Positions 27,618-40,625 of a stretch of 64,000 bases of DNA are shown here, piece by piece; position 1 is the first letter of the stretch; the number at the start of each line of letters is the position of its first letter. This DNA comes from Eledone cirrhosa (taxonomy: Eukaryota). A program made the position numbers and the translations under genes. Location: the NCBI GenBank assembly GCA_964016885.1, contig OZ024740.1, positions 344,968,001 through 345,032,000 on the forward strand. The letters run 5' to 3'. The notes under the pieces were generated by a model that was not told where the DNA came from, ran no database searches, and saw only the letters and a list, made by a program, of their open reading frames with translations.

Positions 27618-28658
27618 GAACCAAATAAATATATAATTTTTCAAAAAAGACTCCAGTTGCAATTTCGATTTCAACTTTTTTCCTTATACTTTCACTCGTG
27701 TAGGACATCTCGATTTTTTTCATTTTGTAAAAAAAAACCTCACTTTCTAATATATATATATATATATTGGTGTTGCTAACTGAAAAGTTCATGCAAGGTT
27801 GTATATATTTCAGTAACTTGATTACCTAGCTCTGTTTTCCCCTTTCCTCTTGATACGACAGAAATTATGTATCAACACAGATCCCACTCTAAATAGAATG
27901 AATTCTAAACCTTCAAGTTTGATGTGGAACTTTGGGATATATATTGTGGACTGAAGAAAGCATATTTGGTTTGAACATGATTTACTTAATTCCTTTATAT
28001 GAAACATATGTTCAACATGTCTAGATGGAGCTTTTGATAATGATCCCCGCAAAGATTGTGAACTCATAAAGATTTTAATGTTTAAGTGTACTGCACTTGC
28101 TAAACTTGTCATTCACTGTGTGGGACAAGCATGACAACATTATGAAAGACGATTCTTCATTTACTCTGAAGTTTCGAAATCTCCGCCCTTCAGAGGAATG
28201 ATGGCAGAAAATTTGCCATCTAGTCTCCCAATATAATCTTTAATACATACAACATTGTTGAGTTACCGTGCTTGAACAAACCGACGAAATAACCAACTTA
28301 TGTTATAGTATGCTATATGACATTTTGGCGATATGGTTGGGGTTATTGTTTATTGAAAATCTAGCAGTAGATTAGTAGTAGTGGAATTGCTTGAGTCTAA
28401 ATTTAGTATTAAGCCCAATAAGTTGCTTAACATTAGATTATCATGCATTTTCCTTTCTAAATGTATTAATAGTGAAAGTTTGCTTATATTCACAATCAGG
28501 AAACATGAGTGAGGGTTCAGCATCTATGAGTGGCAAGGGCCAATTTCCATTTGCGTTACTTGAGGGTGTGTTATATTTACACATGTATGCATGTGCATAT
28601 GTTATATATAAATGTGTGTGTGTTTGTGTGTGCGTACATATGTATATGCGTAAATATC

Positions 28659-28698
<40 letters not shown>

Positions 28699-28757
28699 TA
28701 TTTACGCATATACATATGTAGGCAGACACAGACACACACACACATATACGCACACAC

Positions 28758-28846
<89 letters not shown>

Positions 28847-29038
28847 GCTTTTATGTGTATGTGCCTGTAAGTTAGAAGGTGGCCGTTTTATTGCAATGCA
28901 TTTTCTTTTTCAGAATATCTTAACATCTATTTGCAATCCCCAACAAATAATATATAAATAAAAAAATTGTCTTCGTCACATTTGTTTTATTATTATTTTA
29001 GCTAGACCGATTATATTTGTCATATATACTGTGTTAAC

Positions 29039-29933
29039 TGCTGTTCCTGCTGGCAGCCGATTTCGTAATAAGGCGAATGGATGAAGGACCCGGTCGAGGA
29101 ATCCCATGGAGAGGACCGTCGAGGCTGAGGTACCTGGCATTGGCCATGACATCGCTTTGATCGCTGAAAACAGTGCAGATATGCAGGCCCTAACAACATC
29201 CCTACAAGAGAGTGCGGAAAATATCGGCCTGAGAATCAAACCCCAAAAGACCAAGGTCATGAGAACGGCCAGCACCACAGGTCCAGTGATAAGAGTCAAC
29301 CAACAGGACCTCGAGGAAGTCGCTCACTTCACCTATCTGGGCAGCATCCTGACAAGCAGCGGCGACGCGGAGCTCGACATGAACTCTCGGATCGGCAAAG
29401 GAGCCGCAGTTTTACAGCGGCTGTAGCCAGTCTTGTCGTCTTCATGCATTAGCAGCAACAGCAAGCTCCGCCTGTACAAGAGTATCGTGCTGCCGACTGT
29501 GCTTTATGCGAGCGAGACCTGGAAGAGTACGGCAAAAATAGAGAGACGGCTGAACGCTTTCCACCAGCGGTGCCTGCGAAAGATCCTTCGTGTGTCCTGG
29601 TGCGACCGACTGCGAAACGAGGAGATCCTGCGCGGAACCGAGTCGTGGACGCTACAGAGAGTAGTCACAGAGCGTCGGTGCTGTATGGCTGGCCATATTG
29701 TGCGTCTGCCAAATGAACGGCATTCAAAAACAGCGATGAACTGGACTCCGCCTGGCGGTAAACGGAGCGATGTTGCCCAAGGATCACCTGGCGACGAACG
29801 TTCCAGAAGTACCTGATGGCAGTCAACATCACCTGGCACGGTCTCGAAAAAGTTGCCGCTGATCGTGACCGTTGGCGAGTACTTACTACTCGATGCGCCG
29901 AACGGCGCGGAAGAATCTATGACTAAGACTAAG
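29039..29933 (+). mobile_element. 5'-truncated RTE-clade LINE (RT C-terminal part) with 11-bp TSD
   Basis: Peptides FTYLGSIL, KLRLYKSIVLPTVLYASETW, FHQRCLRKIL, GHIVRLP, WTPPGGKR; (GACTAA)n tail; ACTGTGTTAAC duplicated at 29028-29038 and 29934-29944. Confidence 0.92.
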
Positions 29934-30091
29934 ACTGTGTTAACATTAAAATTGTATTTCCATTTGCGTGATCAGCGATAATATGCAAAATTCAGTATTA
30001 CAATTTTCTATAGTATGGCATTGTGCTCTCCTCATATGCATACACACAGACACAGACACACACAAACACACACACAGATACACACACACAT

Positions 30092-30159
<68 letters not shown>

Positions 30160-30161
<2 letters not shown>

Positions 30162-30485
30162 GTAGTTTAGAAAGCCACAACAATGCAGAGGAAAATCTCG
30201 AGGTAGGAAGTGAATGATAGATAGGAGAAATAGGAGAAATAGGAGAAGGTGAAAATTGAGAGAGACAAAGATGAAAACAAAACAAAGGTAGAAGGGTTAC
30301 CGTAGTGGAGATTTAATCCCAATATTTCGGGCTCACGCCCATCAACGGGGGAAAGTTCCAAAAGGGGGGGAACAGGCTAAGCGGAGAAAGTTGCAATTTT
30401 CACCTTCTCCTATTTCTCCTATCTATCATTCACTTCCTACCTCGAGATTTCCCTCTGCATTGTTGTGCCTTTCTAAACTACGTAT
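30160..30485. mobile_element. Inverted PLE pseudo-LTR pair in (TA)n
   Basis: TACGTAGTTTAGAAAGCCACAAC...GGTGAAAATTG is inverted at 30394-30485; spacer carries a hammerhead-like motif. Confidence 0.72.
30317..30352 (-). ncRNA. Hammerhead-like motif with non-canonical CCGUUGA core
   Basis: TCCC-CCGTTGA-T-GGGC-GTGA-GCCC-GAA-ATAT-T-GGGA; covaries with the 53303 copy. Confidence 0.5.
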
Positions 30486-30506
30486 TATATATATATATAT
30501 ATAATT

Positions 30507-32130
30507 AATACAATAACAGAGATAGTTTAAAGCTAATCTCTGACTGGTAACAATCTCACTCAACAAACATTAGGTTATATTTTAATATAAACCCAATTTA
30601 AGTGTTTGGGGCGCTAACAATATGTATTTTGTGGAAAAGCCAGTTGTATTATTTTACGAGATATAATTAAAGTTAAAATATATCTCTCATTCCAAACAAT
30701 TGTTTCATTATGTTTTCTACAAATTCGGAGAATATTTCCAGTTCATGTAGAAGCCTAATATACATTCATGTAAGAATATATTTAGGTGGGCGCTTTTAAA
30801 TCATCAGTGGAAGCCCATTAAGCTTTGATATAAGAAAAACATTTCTTACCATAGTTAAAAATCGTGTCTGTTAATTTGCTCCCTCCTGCATCGAATGACC
30901 GGCAAATTTGGAATTCCAGCAGTTTTTGACTGGGGAAGTATTGTAGCGTCACTAAGCGGGAAGGGGAGACAACCAAGATCCACGAAAGGAGGAAAACAAA
31001 TAATATACACGCGGGTTAATCATTTTTTTCGAAAACATCAATCCAACGTGTTAAGAACTCAATTGAAATTAAAAAAATAAATATATGCGTGTATAAATTA
31101 CACACGCATATAGATATTTTCTTAGGCTAAAATCAGAGGTTGTACCTGCATGAGAAACGGCTTCTCGTAACCGTAGCAAATAACTGAAAGTTATGCTTTA
31201 AAGGGCAAATGGGAATGTAAATCTCCGGCCGAATTAAGAGTAAAATATAAAACACACGCGGGTTAATTAGTTATTTCAAAACTAATATCAATTCCTCGTG
31301 TAAAGAACTCAATTAATTTAAAAAAATAAATGTATGTATGTAATTATATACATAGGCATATATATATTTTCTTAGGCTAAAAAACAGAGAAGTTACAACC
31401 AATAAAAACCACAATATCGCACAACAGTAATAAATACGTAAAGTCAAATTTATAAGGTACCTGGAAATAAACACCTCTGGCCAATCAAGAGTAAAATATT
31501 AATACAATAACAGAGATAGTTTAAAGCTAAACTCTGACTGGTAACCATCTTACTCAACAAACATTGGGTTATATTTTAATATAAACCCAATTTAAGTGTT
31601 TGGGGTGCTAACAATATGTATTATGTGGAAAAGCCAGTTGTATTATTTTACGAGATATAATTAAAGTTAAAATATATCTCTCATTCCAAACAATTGTTTC
31701 ATTATAAGTTTTTTACAAATTCGCAGAATATTTCCAGTTTATGTAGAAGCCTAATATACATTCATGTAAGAATATATTTAGGTGGGTTCTTATAAATCAT
31801 CAGTGGAAGCCCATTAAACTTTGATATAAGAAAAACATTTCTTACCATAGTTAAAAATCGTGTCTGTTAATTTGCTCCCTACCGCATCGAATGACCGGCA
31901 AATTTGAAATTCCAGCAGTTTTTGACTGAGGAAGTATTGTAGCGTCACTAAGCGGGAAGGGGAGACAACCAAGATCCACGAAAGGAGGAAAAAAAATAAT
32001 ATACTCGCGGGTTAATCAGTTTTTTCGAAAACATTATCAATCCAACGTGTTAAGAACTCAATTGAAATTAAAAAAATAAATATATGCGTGTATAAATTAC
32101 ACACGCATATAGATATTTTCTTAGGCTAAA
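30507..32130 (-). repeat. ~994-bp diverged tandem duplication (1.6 units) with a hammerhead-like motif in each unit
   Basis: AATACAATAACAGAGATAGTTTAAAGC at 30507 and 31501; minus-strand CTGATGA (30801-30807, 31797-31803), long hairpin, then GAAA. Confidence 0.75.
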
Positions 32131-32216
32131 ATATATATATATAAAATACCAGGTCTAGCAAGTAAAGAAAAAGTTTTAAAATAAATAAAAAAAAATTCGC
32201 TGTAAGCACTCTATGT

Positions 32217-32297
32217 GCCTTTACCGCGGTTTCAAGTTCCAATTAAACGGATAATCCAAGCGGATCTTCATTGAGAAGGGAACCATCTTCAGAAGGC
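32217..32297 (-). ncRNA. Type I hammerhead ribozyme, palindromic helix III
   Basis: GCCTT-CTGAAGA-T-GGTTCC...GGAACT-T-GAA-ACCGCGGT-A-AAGGC. Confidence 0.8.
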
Positions 32298-32524
32298 TCT
32301 TCTCGCTCGGAGAATATAAAATTCCCGAGTTTAAATCGCAAACTGACGCCATACAAAACCATTCCCAGATGAGAGTGAATTATGAAAGAAATAATTCTGT
32401 CTGGTGCCGTGTGCAAAGACAAAAGGCAGGGTGGACAGGTCATGTGATGCCATTTTTTGCTGGTGTTGTATGGCGTCAGTTTGTTATTTAAACTCGGGAA
32501 TTTTATATTCTCCGAGCGAGAAGA

Positions 32525-32604
32525 GCCTTCTGAAGATGGTTCCCTTCTCAATGAAGACCGCTTGGATTATCCGTTTATTTCGGAACTTGAAACCGCGGTA
32601 AAAG
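32525..32604 (+). ncRNA. Type I hammerhead ribozyme, palindromic helix III (second copy)
   Basis: CTT-CTGAAGA-T-GGTTCC...GGAACT-T-GAA-ACCGCGGT-A-AAG. Confidence 0.78.
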
Positions 32605-34016
32605 CACATATAGTGAGTACAGCGAATTTTTTTAAATTTATTTTAAAACGTTTTCTCTATTTGCTAGACCTGGATTTTATATGTTCTGGCTTGTTAATTT
32701 ATTAACCCATCATAGAACCATATTGGCATACGGTTGGATAATACTTGTATCCCTATATTGGTCAGTGTGTAGATGCTAGTAGGATTGGTATTTGACCTCA
32801 AATAGGTCGGCTGTGTTGTAATGTTCAAACCGTCAGGCAAGATGACAATAGTTCCATATGACCGAGTTTGACAAAAAGCATTCCTGGTCAGATATATATT
32901 CAATTGAGGTTTACAGTATGAAATTCGATACTACAGGGCATTTTTAAATTGATGAATTTATGTGGGGTTGTAATACTGATATTATGGTTAGAGTCAAATA
33001 CTTAGAAAGTTTACATATAAAAAGACTTATGTTGGTTGATTTGTACATACACTCACCCCACCCCCCACACACATATATATACATACAAATCCAAACAGAT
33101 GCGTATATATATGTATGTACACACAAGTGCGTATATATATACAAAAGAGGCCCCCAAATCCAAGTATATGGCGACATAAAAGGAGGTGAGTGTTATTTTT
33201 AAAGAAAAGTAAAGTGGGTGTTTGCAAAAAAGAAGAATTATTGTTTAGACTTGACAAAAGTAGAGTGTGATATATATCTTCACAGCAATAGCTTAGGGGC
33301 TTTGGAGCTTAGGCGAATCCCTTAGTACACACATATACATATACACACCCACCCACATTTGTATATCTCTGGATGCGTGTGTATGTCTATATACACATGT
33401 GCATTCTACAAGAGAGCATACACAAATATCCTCTTAAGCATACACTCGAGCATTTTTCAAATGCAACCTGGGGTATTAGTATTTCGTTGCATACATAAGT
33501 GCGTACATTCACCTAATCCCGGTATACACACAGAACGCACAGTTGCGGGCACGCATTCATGCATATAGGGTTAGTACCTTAGGATAATCGCTCTTCCTCT
33601 GTGGACCCCTCCGGGGGGGGGTCATCATGTTAAAAAGCGTGGTTTTGCAGACTCCTAACCAGTAGAAGATACGGTGGACAATCCACTTTGGGGACCACAA
33701 ACTATGGGTGGGTGTTGTTGCCCATTGGTCATTGGTACGGGGCGTAGGGAGTCCTACAGGGGGGGGGGGGGGCCCTACCAATTTCATGTATCTCGCCAGT
33801 TCATTAGATCTTGCCCAATATGTGAGTAGCTAATGGGAGTGGGATTATGGGGCCGGTGTGTGTGAAAAAGTACGGGACGGTGCTACCCTATTATAAGGGT
33901 GCCGAAATTACTACTAAAGGGTCATCATACGGGGTAGGGAAGGAAAAGGGCGTTGTGGGAGCCGTAACCGGGGTTTATCCATATAGTTTGAGGAAAGTTT
34001 GCGTCCTAAGGTGCCT

Positions 34017-34400
34017 TCAGGTGCCGAATAAGTCGGCCCTTCTGTTTAATTGCTTGGTTCCGCCATGAAGTATCTCGAGTGTCTCACTAAGACAGAGGTT
34101 GCAAATACCAGACCCACCTCTGTCTGGGGGAAACTTTCTAACCACTGACCACACCAAAGAATGCGGGGTCTTTTCAAGTTTGAGTCTCCAGATCAATTCA
34201 GAAAGGGCCGTACATGTCCCCTTGTCTATTCTCTTAAAGGAGTGGCGATGGTTATACCACCTAGCTTTGAAGCTCGTCGCCGTCGATCCTATGTAGTGGT
34301 GCTCCGAGTTAGGGGTTGTGACCTTGGACCTGTAGACTACGTTTTTCATCATGCATTCATTACTAAGGGGGCATAGTGATAGTTTTATGCAATTGCATGA
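34017..34400 (-). pseudogene. GIY-YIG endonuclease domain of the PLE
   Basis: VVYRSKV...HYIGSTATSFKARWYNHRHSF...CNLCLSE...LNRR. Confidence 0.88.
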
Positions 34401-35199
34401 CGTTTTTAGCCCCGTCACATGTACCATGGGGTTACTATCATGTGGAGTTGGCTGGTTAGCTGCCGCATTCAGCACAGGGTCGTCGGATTGCGTTGTGCTA
34501 GTTGGGCCTGTCCGGGGCCTGGTGCGTCACGTGTGCTGTTTCCGTTGGGTGACTCGGAGTTTCCCGTGGTATTAGAGGAAGTGAGCCTACTCCTCTTTAT
34601 GCCAGCTATGTGCTGGGATACGGAGCGTGTGGTTGAGTAGGATAGTTTCACCGTGTGCCTGTTGAATATTTTATGGTACATTTGGGCCCTAGGGAAACAT
34701 TTATGCAGTACTCTAAAGAATTTCTAGCCAGGCTGGTTCGTAAACCAACCGAGTACGGGGTGTTATACCATGTGACCTTCCTGGTCCTATTCCTGCGGGC
34801 TTGTTGGGTGTCCGTCGTGGTCAATCCCGGGGTTGTGCACAGCTCAGGTCGAGCTCGGTTGGTGTTACTCAGGTGTGCAGAGCGAGACCGTTCGTTGTTC
34901 GGTCACTATCATGAGGGTTATATGGGCCCACCGTGGGGCTGTAAACCTGCGCGGTGCGGCCTCCCTGCTCAATGAGCGTTCGGCGGGTGGTGGGGCCGGG
35001 GAACGGTGCATATGCTCCTCACTACAGTGGTCTTCAGTGTTGTAGGTATTAGACCGGGGGGGTATGCGGGACATTCTACCGGGGGTGGTGGCGGTTAGGG
35101 ATCTGGGAGTATTACTATTGGTCACCGTGGTATTAGGTGGGCGAGTCATGCCCCTGGGGGTATTGGCTCGGGGCACCCTTGGGTCATCTCGATCATGTC

Positions 35200-36040
35200 C
35201 CCTAGGGTTATAGCTGATCCTCTGGCTGTGTGACGCCTTAGCTAGCGCTGAGTTATAATAATCAGCATTATTATTGAAGATCTCTTTATTGGCAGACAAG
35301 TTAGAGATCCTGTCAGAGACACTCTTAACTATGGCCTTAACTATAGATCTAGGGGGATTGGACCCAACGTTGATATACACCAGCTTCTCATTGGGTTTAT
35401 GATATGGGTGGTATAACTTGGTGTTGAGGTTGAGAGTGGTGTCCAGGAAATTCACTACTTTTCTATTGGGTTCCATCTCTAAATTAAGTCCTACCTTGCT
35501 AAATGCTAAAAAGTGTCTGATTCTCCTCTTCATATTTTCGACCATTGTGGTGCTGTGGTTGGTCCACGATGGTGAAGAGGGCGTCGTCTCTGTACAGTCC
35601 GCCACCCAGGTTGGATATTTCGCTCCTGATCTCGTAAAGTATGTATATCCCAACCAGGTCCGTTAGCTGGGCGGCGTCACTGGAGGCCATTGTGATGTCA
35701 AAATTATTTGGCCAGTCACTCCGGGTCCATATGTCCCCACTGAATCGGATCAGGGTGTTTCTGGCGGCGTGTATGATTCGGTGCTCTTCGCGGGTTAGGT
35801 CTGTCCTATTCATCGCGAATATGAGGGCCTTGTTCAGGACTATGGGCGAGATAGAGGAGTAGTAATTGTTGATGTCTAGTTGTATGAAGCTAGTCCTATG
35901 TTTGTCAGGAAAAAATGTAAACCAGTCCAGCACCTGGCTGGTGCAGGACCAGAGTTGTAACCTGATTTTACTCCTAAGTGTTGGCAGGATCCTATCTAAA
36001 ATGCTTTTGCTAATAACCCCCATGTCTGACCGGGAGGAGG

Positions 36041-36041
<1 letters not shown>
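35200..36041 (-). pseudogene. PLE reverse transcriptase core and thumb (frameshifted)
   Basis: YRDD catalytic motif, motifs A/B, thumb YHKPNEKLVYINVGSNPP. Confidence 0.88.
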
Positions 36042-36120
<79 letters not shown>

Positions 36121-36446
36121 CGTATATATAGGAAAAAATCTAGGAGGGCACTTAATATTTTAATATACAACTTTTACTTCAGATCTGTTCACATCTACAA
36201 ATGTATTTCACTAATTCTGAAGCAGAAGGAAACGCTTAAATAAATGTCTCACCTTAACTTCTTTTAATAACTCTAAATAAAATTGACTTGAAAGAATCGA
36301 CATAACTGCGGGTATATTTACATGCGGTTCTAGTTATGATCTTTTCATTTAGAGAATTCAGATACCACCGAGTTTGACATTATCTTTAATAATTCTTAAA
36401 TCGATAAAATATATTACGAATTGTTAAACTTTTTGGTGTTGTTTAT

Positions 36447-36597
36447 CTAGATCAACTCTGACTTAAGCTCAGAGGGATTCCAGCATTTTTACCCGATGGG
36501 TCTGGAGGGGAAATCCATAAAAGCCAACAGTTTATATAGTATCTATCTACTAGAGACAAATTTTATTACGATAGTAATTCTCTGTTTTACCCATATA

Positions 36598-36644
<47 letters not shown>

Positions 36645-36660
36645 GGGTAAAAAAGATATG

Positions 36661-36709
<49 letters not shown>

Positions 36710-36897
36710 GGAGAAAGTGGGAGGGGAGATATGAGTAAAAAAGTAAATTACTACCGTAGTAAAATATCGTCTCTTTATAAGTAGTAGATAGATACTCAAT
36801 ATACTATTGACTATTATGGCTTTCATTTCCAAGCTCATCGGAAAAACACTGTATGGTAAAGGCTAGAATCCCTCTGATCATAGGTCAGAGTTGATCT
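36447..36897. mobile_element. Old inverted pseudo-LTR pair around (TA)n with degenerate hammerhead cores
   Basis: AGATCAACTCTGAC..TCAGAGGGATTC versus GAATCCCTCTGA..GTCAGAGTTGATCT; minus-strand CCGATGA...GAAA. Confidence 0.6.
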
Positions 36898-36912
36898 CTC
36901 TCTCCCTCTCTC

Positions 36913-37044
<132 letters not shown>

Positions 37045-37197
37045 TATATATATATATATTATATATTATATATATATATTATATATTATATATATTATAT
37101 ATTATATATATATATTTATAACTAATAGGGTGTGGTAAGATGCCAGGTGGGCCGTAACGCACCAGAGTACACGATACTTGGGATAGTAGAGTTGGTA

Positions 37198-37419
37198 ATA
37201 TGAAAAGGTTCAGGAACCCGACGGCTGAGCTCCGGCCATTTCGAAAGCTAGTTCCGGACTAAGTCACCAGTATTAGAACGACGTGCATCTAGGTGAACTT
37301 ATCATGTATAGACTGTATCCCTTGATCATTTCAGATAGATTCCCGCTTTCTAATACTGGTGGCTTAGTTCGGATCTAGCTGTCGAAACAGCCCGCGCTTA
37401 GCGGTCTGGGTCCTGAACC

Positions 37420-37428
<9 letters not shown>
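37198..37428. mobile_element. Inverted pseudo-LTR pair with a degenerate hammerhead
   Basis: ATATGAAAAGGTTCAGGA...CACCAGTATTAGAA is inverted as TTCTAATACTGGTG...TCCTGAACCATTTCATAT; minus-strand CTGGTGA...GAA-ATGGC..GCCGT-C. Confidence 0.62.
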
Positions 37429-37464
<36 letters not shown>

Positions 37465-37599
37465 ATAGGATGGTGAGTCTGTGTTTGTGTGCATGTATGG
37501 ATGTAATGTTGCTCTATGCTGAAACGTGTCAAAGGAGTAAGAACACTTCCTATACACATTTGCATGGGCATTAGCACTAAATATAATTGTCCAATTTAT

Positions 37600-38340
37600 A
37601 TTTATAATTTTTACATTTAAGGTCCAAACATGCCTTCTGCAAATTATATATGTGTATATTAATATTTACATATTTCTTTCGTTGCTCCGATTTAGCGATT
37701 ACCGGTGCATACAATTTTGTTGTTGTTTTTTTGCCTTTGCATTGTAATTTTTGTTTTCAACGGATTACACATGAACGGTCATATTGTATCTGTTTCTGAA
37801 TGAATGTTGAAGTTGTTTGATATTTTTGTAAGCTTGTATTAGATGATAACCTCCTGGGTATGTAAGCCTCTCTAGCAATATTTTCTATTTGTCTCAATAA
37901 AAAGCTTATGGTTTGTTAAAATATGTTTGCCAAATTTAATGATAGAGTTAAGTTGAAGGGTTGATTGGAAAAGATAAACTTTTTTTTATTAGTTCTGTTG
38001 AATGATTACTTCTTTTGATTATCTTAAGGTATCTTGAGTAATAATTAATTACGCCTGTTAGCTTCTTAAATTTCAATGGCAGAATGCTACAGGCTGATCA
38101 AATATTGCTTTATCAGCAGATATAGTTGTGAACCTCGTGCTTATGTCATTGTCCAGCGACTTCTATTTATAACACCGTGATTTAAATGCCTGTTTAAAAC
38201 TAACGGCTCTCTATTGAGCTTTCTGTAGGAATAATGTTTTGCTGTGTTTAATGTTATGTTTAAATATTTGACTCCAGAATTGGATGGCTGTCTTGTGGCG
38301 GTATTCTATAAAATCATTCATCATGAACATTGGTTTTGTT
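37600..38340 (-). pseudogene. Highly decayed Neptune-type PLE remnant (thumb/linker region)
   Basis: Minus-strand HYSYRKLN, TISADKAIFDQ, NQPFN resemble YHPYHKPN and NLSANKEIFNN of the 33330-36041 element. Confidence 0.4.
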
Positions 38341-38566
38341 TTGCAACTTATTGGGTTATTCAGAATAATTGTTCATTTAAAACGATAGCTCGTTCGCATT
38401 ATAAAGACAAACAGTAAATCATATACATTCATTTTTCTTCCTTCGTTTAAACACTGTAAACAAAGATAACTTTGCTTAAGCGTGTGTAAACGCAAACACG
38501 CACTCGCAAATACCATCGCACACACACATATACGTGTGGGTGTATATATATATATATATGTGTGTG

Positions 38567-39216
38567 TAATATATTGTTATACTTGGGAAAAGTCATATTG
38601 TTGTAATAATATTACCAGAATTAATAACAGAAGATACTCACTGTTTGGTTGGTTGTCGCTTCTGTTTCTTTTTTATCAGTTAATTTATTCGGTCCTCAAT
38701 GTTTACCATTGACTGACCAACGGTCAAAAATACAGATATAATATAGACACAAACACATACATATAGTCTAACAAAGTTCTTTCGATGCACCATCGTCAGT
38801 GGTGCTATTATGCTTCCTCCTGTTGTATTGTATGTCTACGCCATCTTTATTTAATCGGTTTATTTATGTATTTTTGTCAGGCATGCGTTTGCGTGTGTGT
38901 ATAGTGTTTTATGTGTGTTCGCGTTTGGGTGACTGTGTTTTGGTTATTGTATTCTATCTTAGTTTACTAGTGTGTGTTTATATGTTTGTTGTTATTGTGC
39001 TTGTTTATATATTTATTCATTTATTTATATTTCTCTTAGGTCAGTATTGTTTGTTTGGGTGTTGTTGTTATTCCATTCATTTTTTCTGTTTAGCGAGTAA
39101 ATGAATTGATATAAAAGATACAGAAGTGAAAACCAACCAAACAGTGAGTGTGTTCTGTTATTAATTCTGGCAATATTATTACAACAATATAAACCCTCCC
39201 CAAGAATAACAATATT
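38567..39216. repeat. ~125-bp inverted repeats bracketing a 400-bp spacer
   Basis: ATATTGTTGTAATAATATTACCAGAATTAATAACAGAA (about 38593) is inverted at about 39150-39190; arms 38567-38692 and 39094-39216. Confidence 0.75.
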
Positions 39217-39253
39217 TGATTCGACACACGATTTTATATTAAAAACCTCGCAA

Positions 39254-39320
<67 letters not shown>

Positions 39321-39400
39321 TACACACATATGTGTATATATAAACTTATATATATATATATATTTATATATATATTTATACGGATATGTGTATATATAAA

Positions 39401-39558
<158 letters not shown>

Positions 39559-39647
39559 TATATATACACATATCCGTATAAATAGCAAGTGTATAACTCA
39601 GACTGAACCATATGTATAAATCTGTACATATATTTAATATGCAGGCT

Positions 39648-40220
<573 letters not shown>

Positions 40221-40625
40221 ATTCTGCCAATATATATATATAATGTACTTTTATATATCTATATATATTTCTATATCTATCTATCTACCGATCTCGAAGA
40301 AGATAGACGTGTTTTTATTTCGCTCCTGCATTTTGTCAGAATTTTTTACGAGAAGCGGTAGGTTTGTTTAAGCTACTTGTTATTTGTTGTGTTTAACTCC
40401 TCGCCTGGGACTGCAGACGTTGCGAAAATAAATTTCGCCCCTTTTTTGGGGCGAAATTTGATAGTTATAAGTTATCGATAAAAAGTCGTTTAGTGACAAT
40501 GTACGCCATTAACACGACGCATGCCACGCCCTGCAAGGAAAGTGATAGAGTGAACGTAGCAGCACAACGCTGTAAGCCTCTCTCCTCACTCCCGCAAAAG
40601 ACACCACGAAATCAAAAGAAAAAAT

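Larger units (their letters stand above)
32145..32680. mobile_element. Inverted PLE pseudo-LTR pair (~215-bp arms), each with a hammerhead
   Basis: CCAGGTCTAGCAA...CTGACGCCATACAA (32149-32356) is inverted at 32466-32673. Confidence 0.8.
33330..36041 (-). mobile_element. Penelope-like retroelement (Neptune-type), 5'-truncated, frameshifted RT plus GIY-YIG endonuclease
   Basis: RT motifs FIQLDINNYYSSI, ITMASSDAAQLTDLVG, GLYRDD, VNFLDTTL; GIY-YIG CNC..CPL...C..KNVVY...YIGST...FKARW..H and C-terminal CNLCLSE; truncated at (TA)n. The 3' boundary is approximate. Confidence 0.9.

Noticed and set aside
38765-38802. Minus-strand CTGACGA...GAAA motif
   Set aside because: No convincing helix I or III
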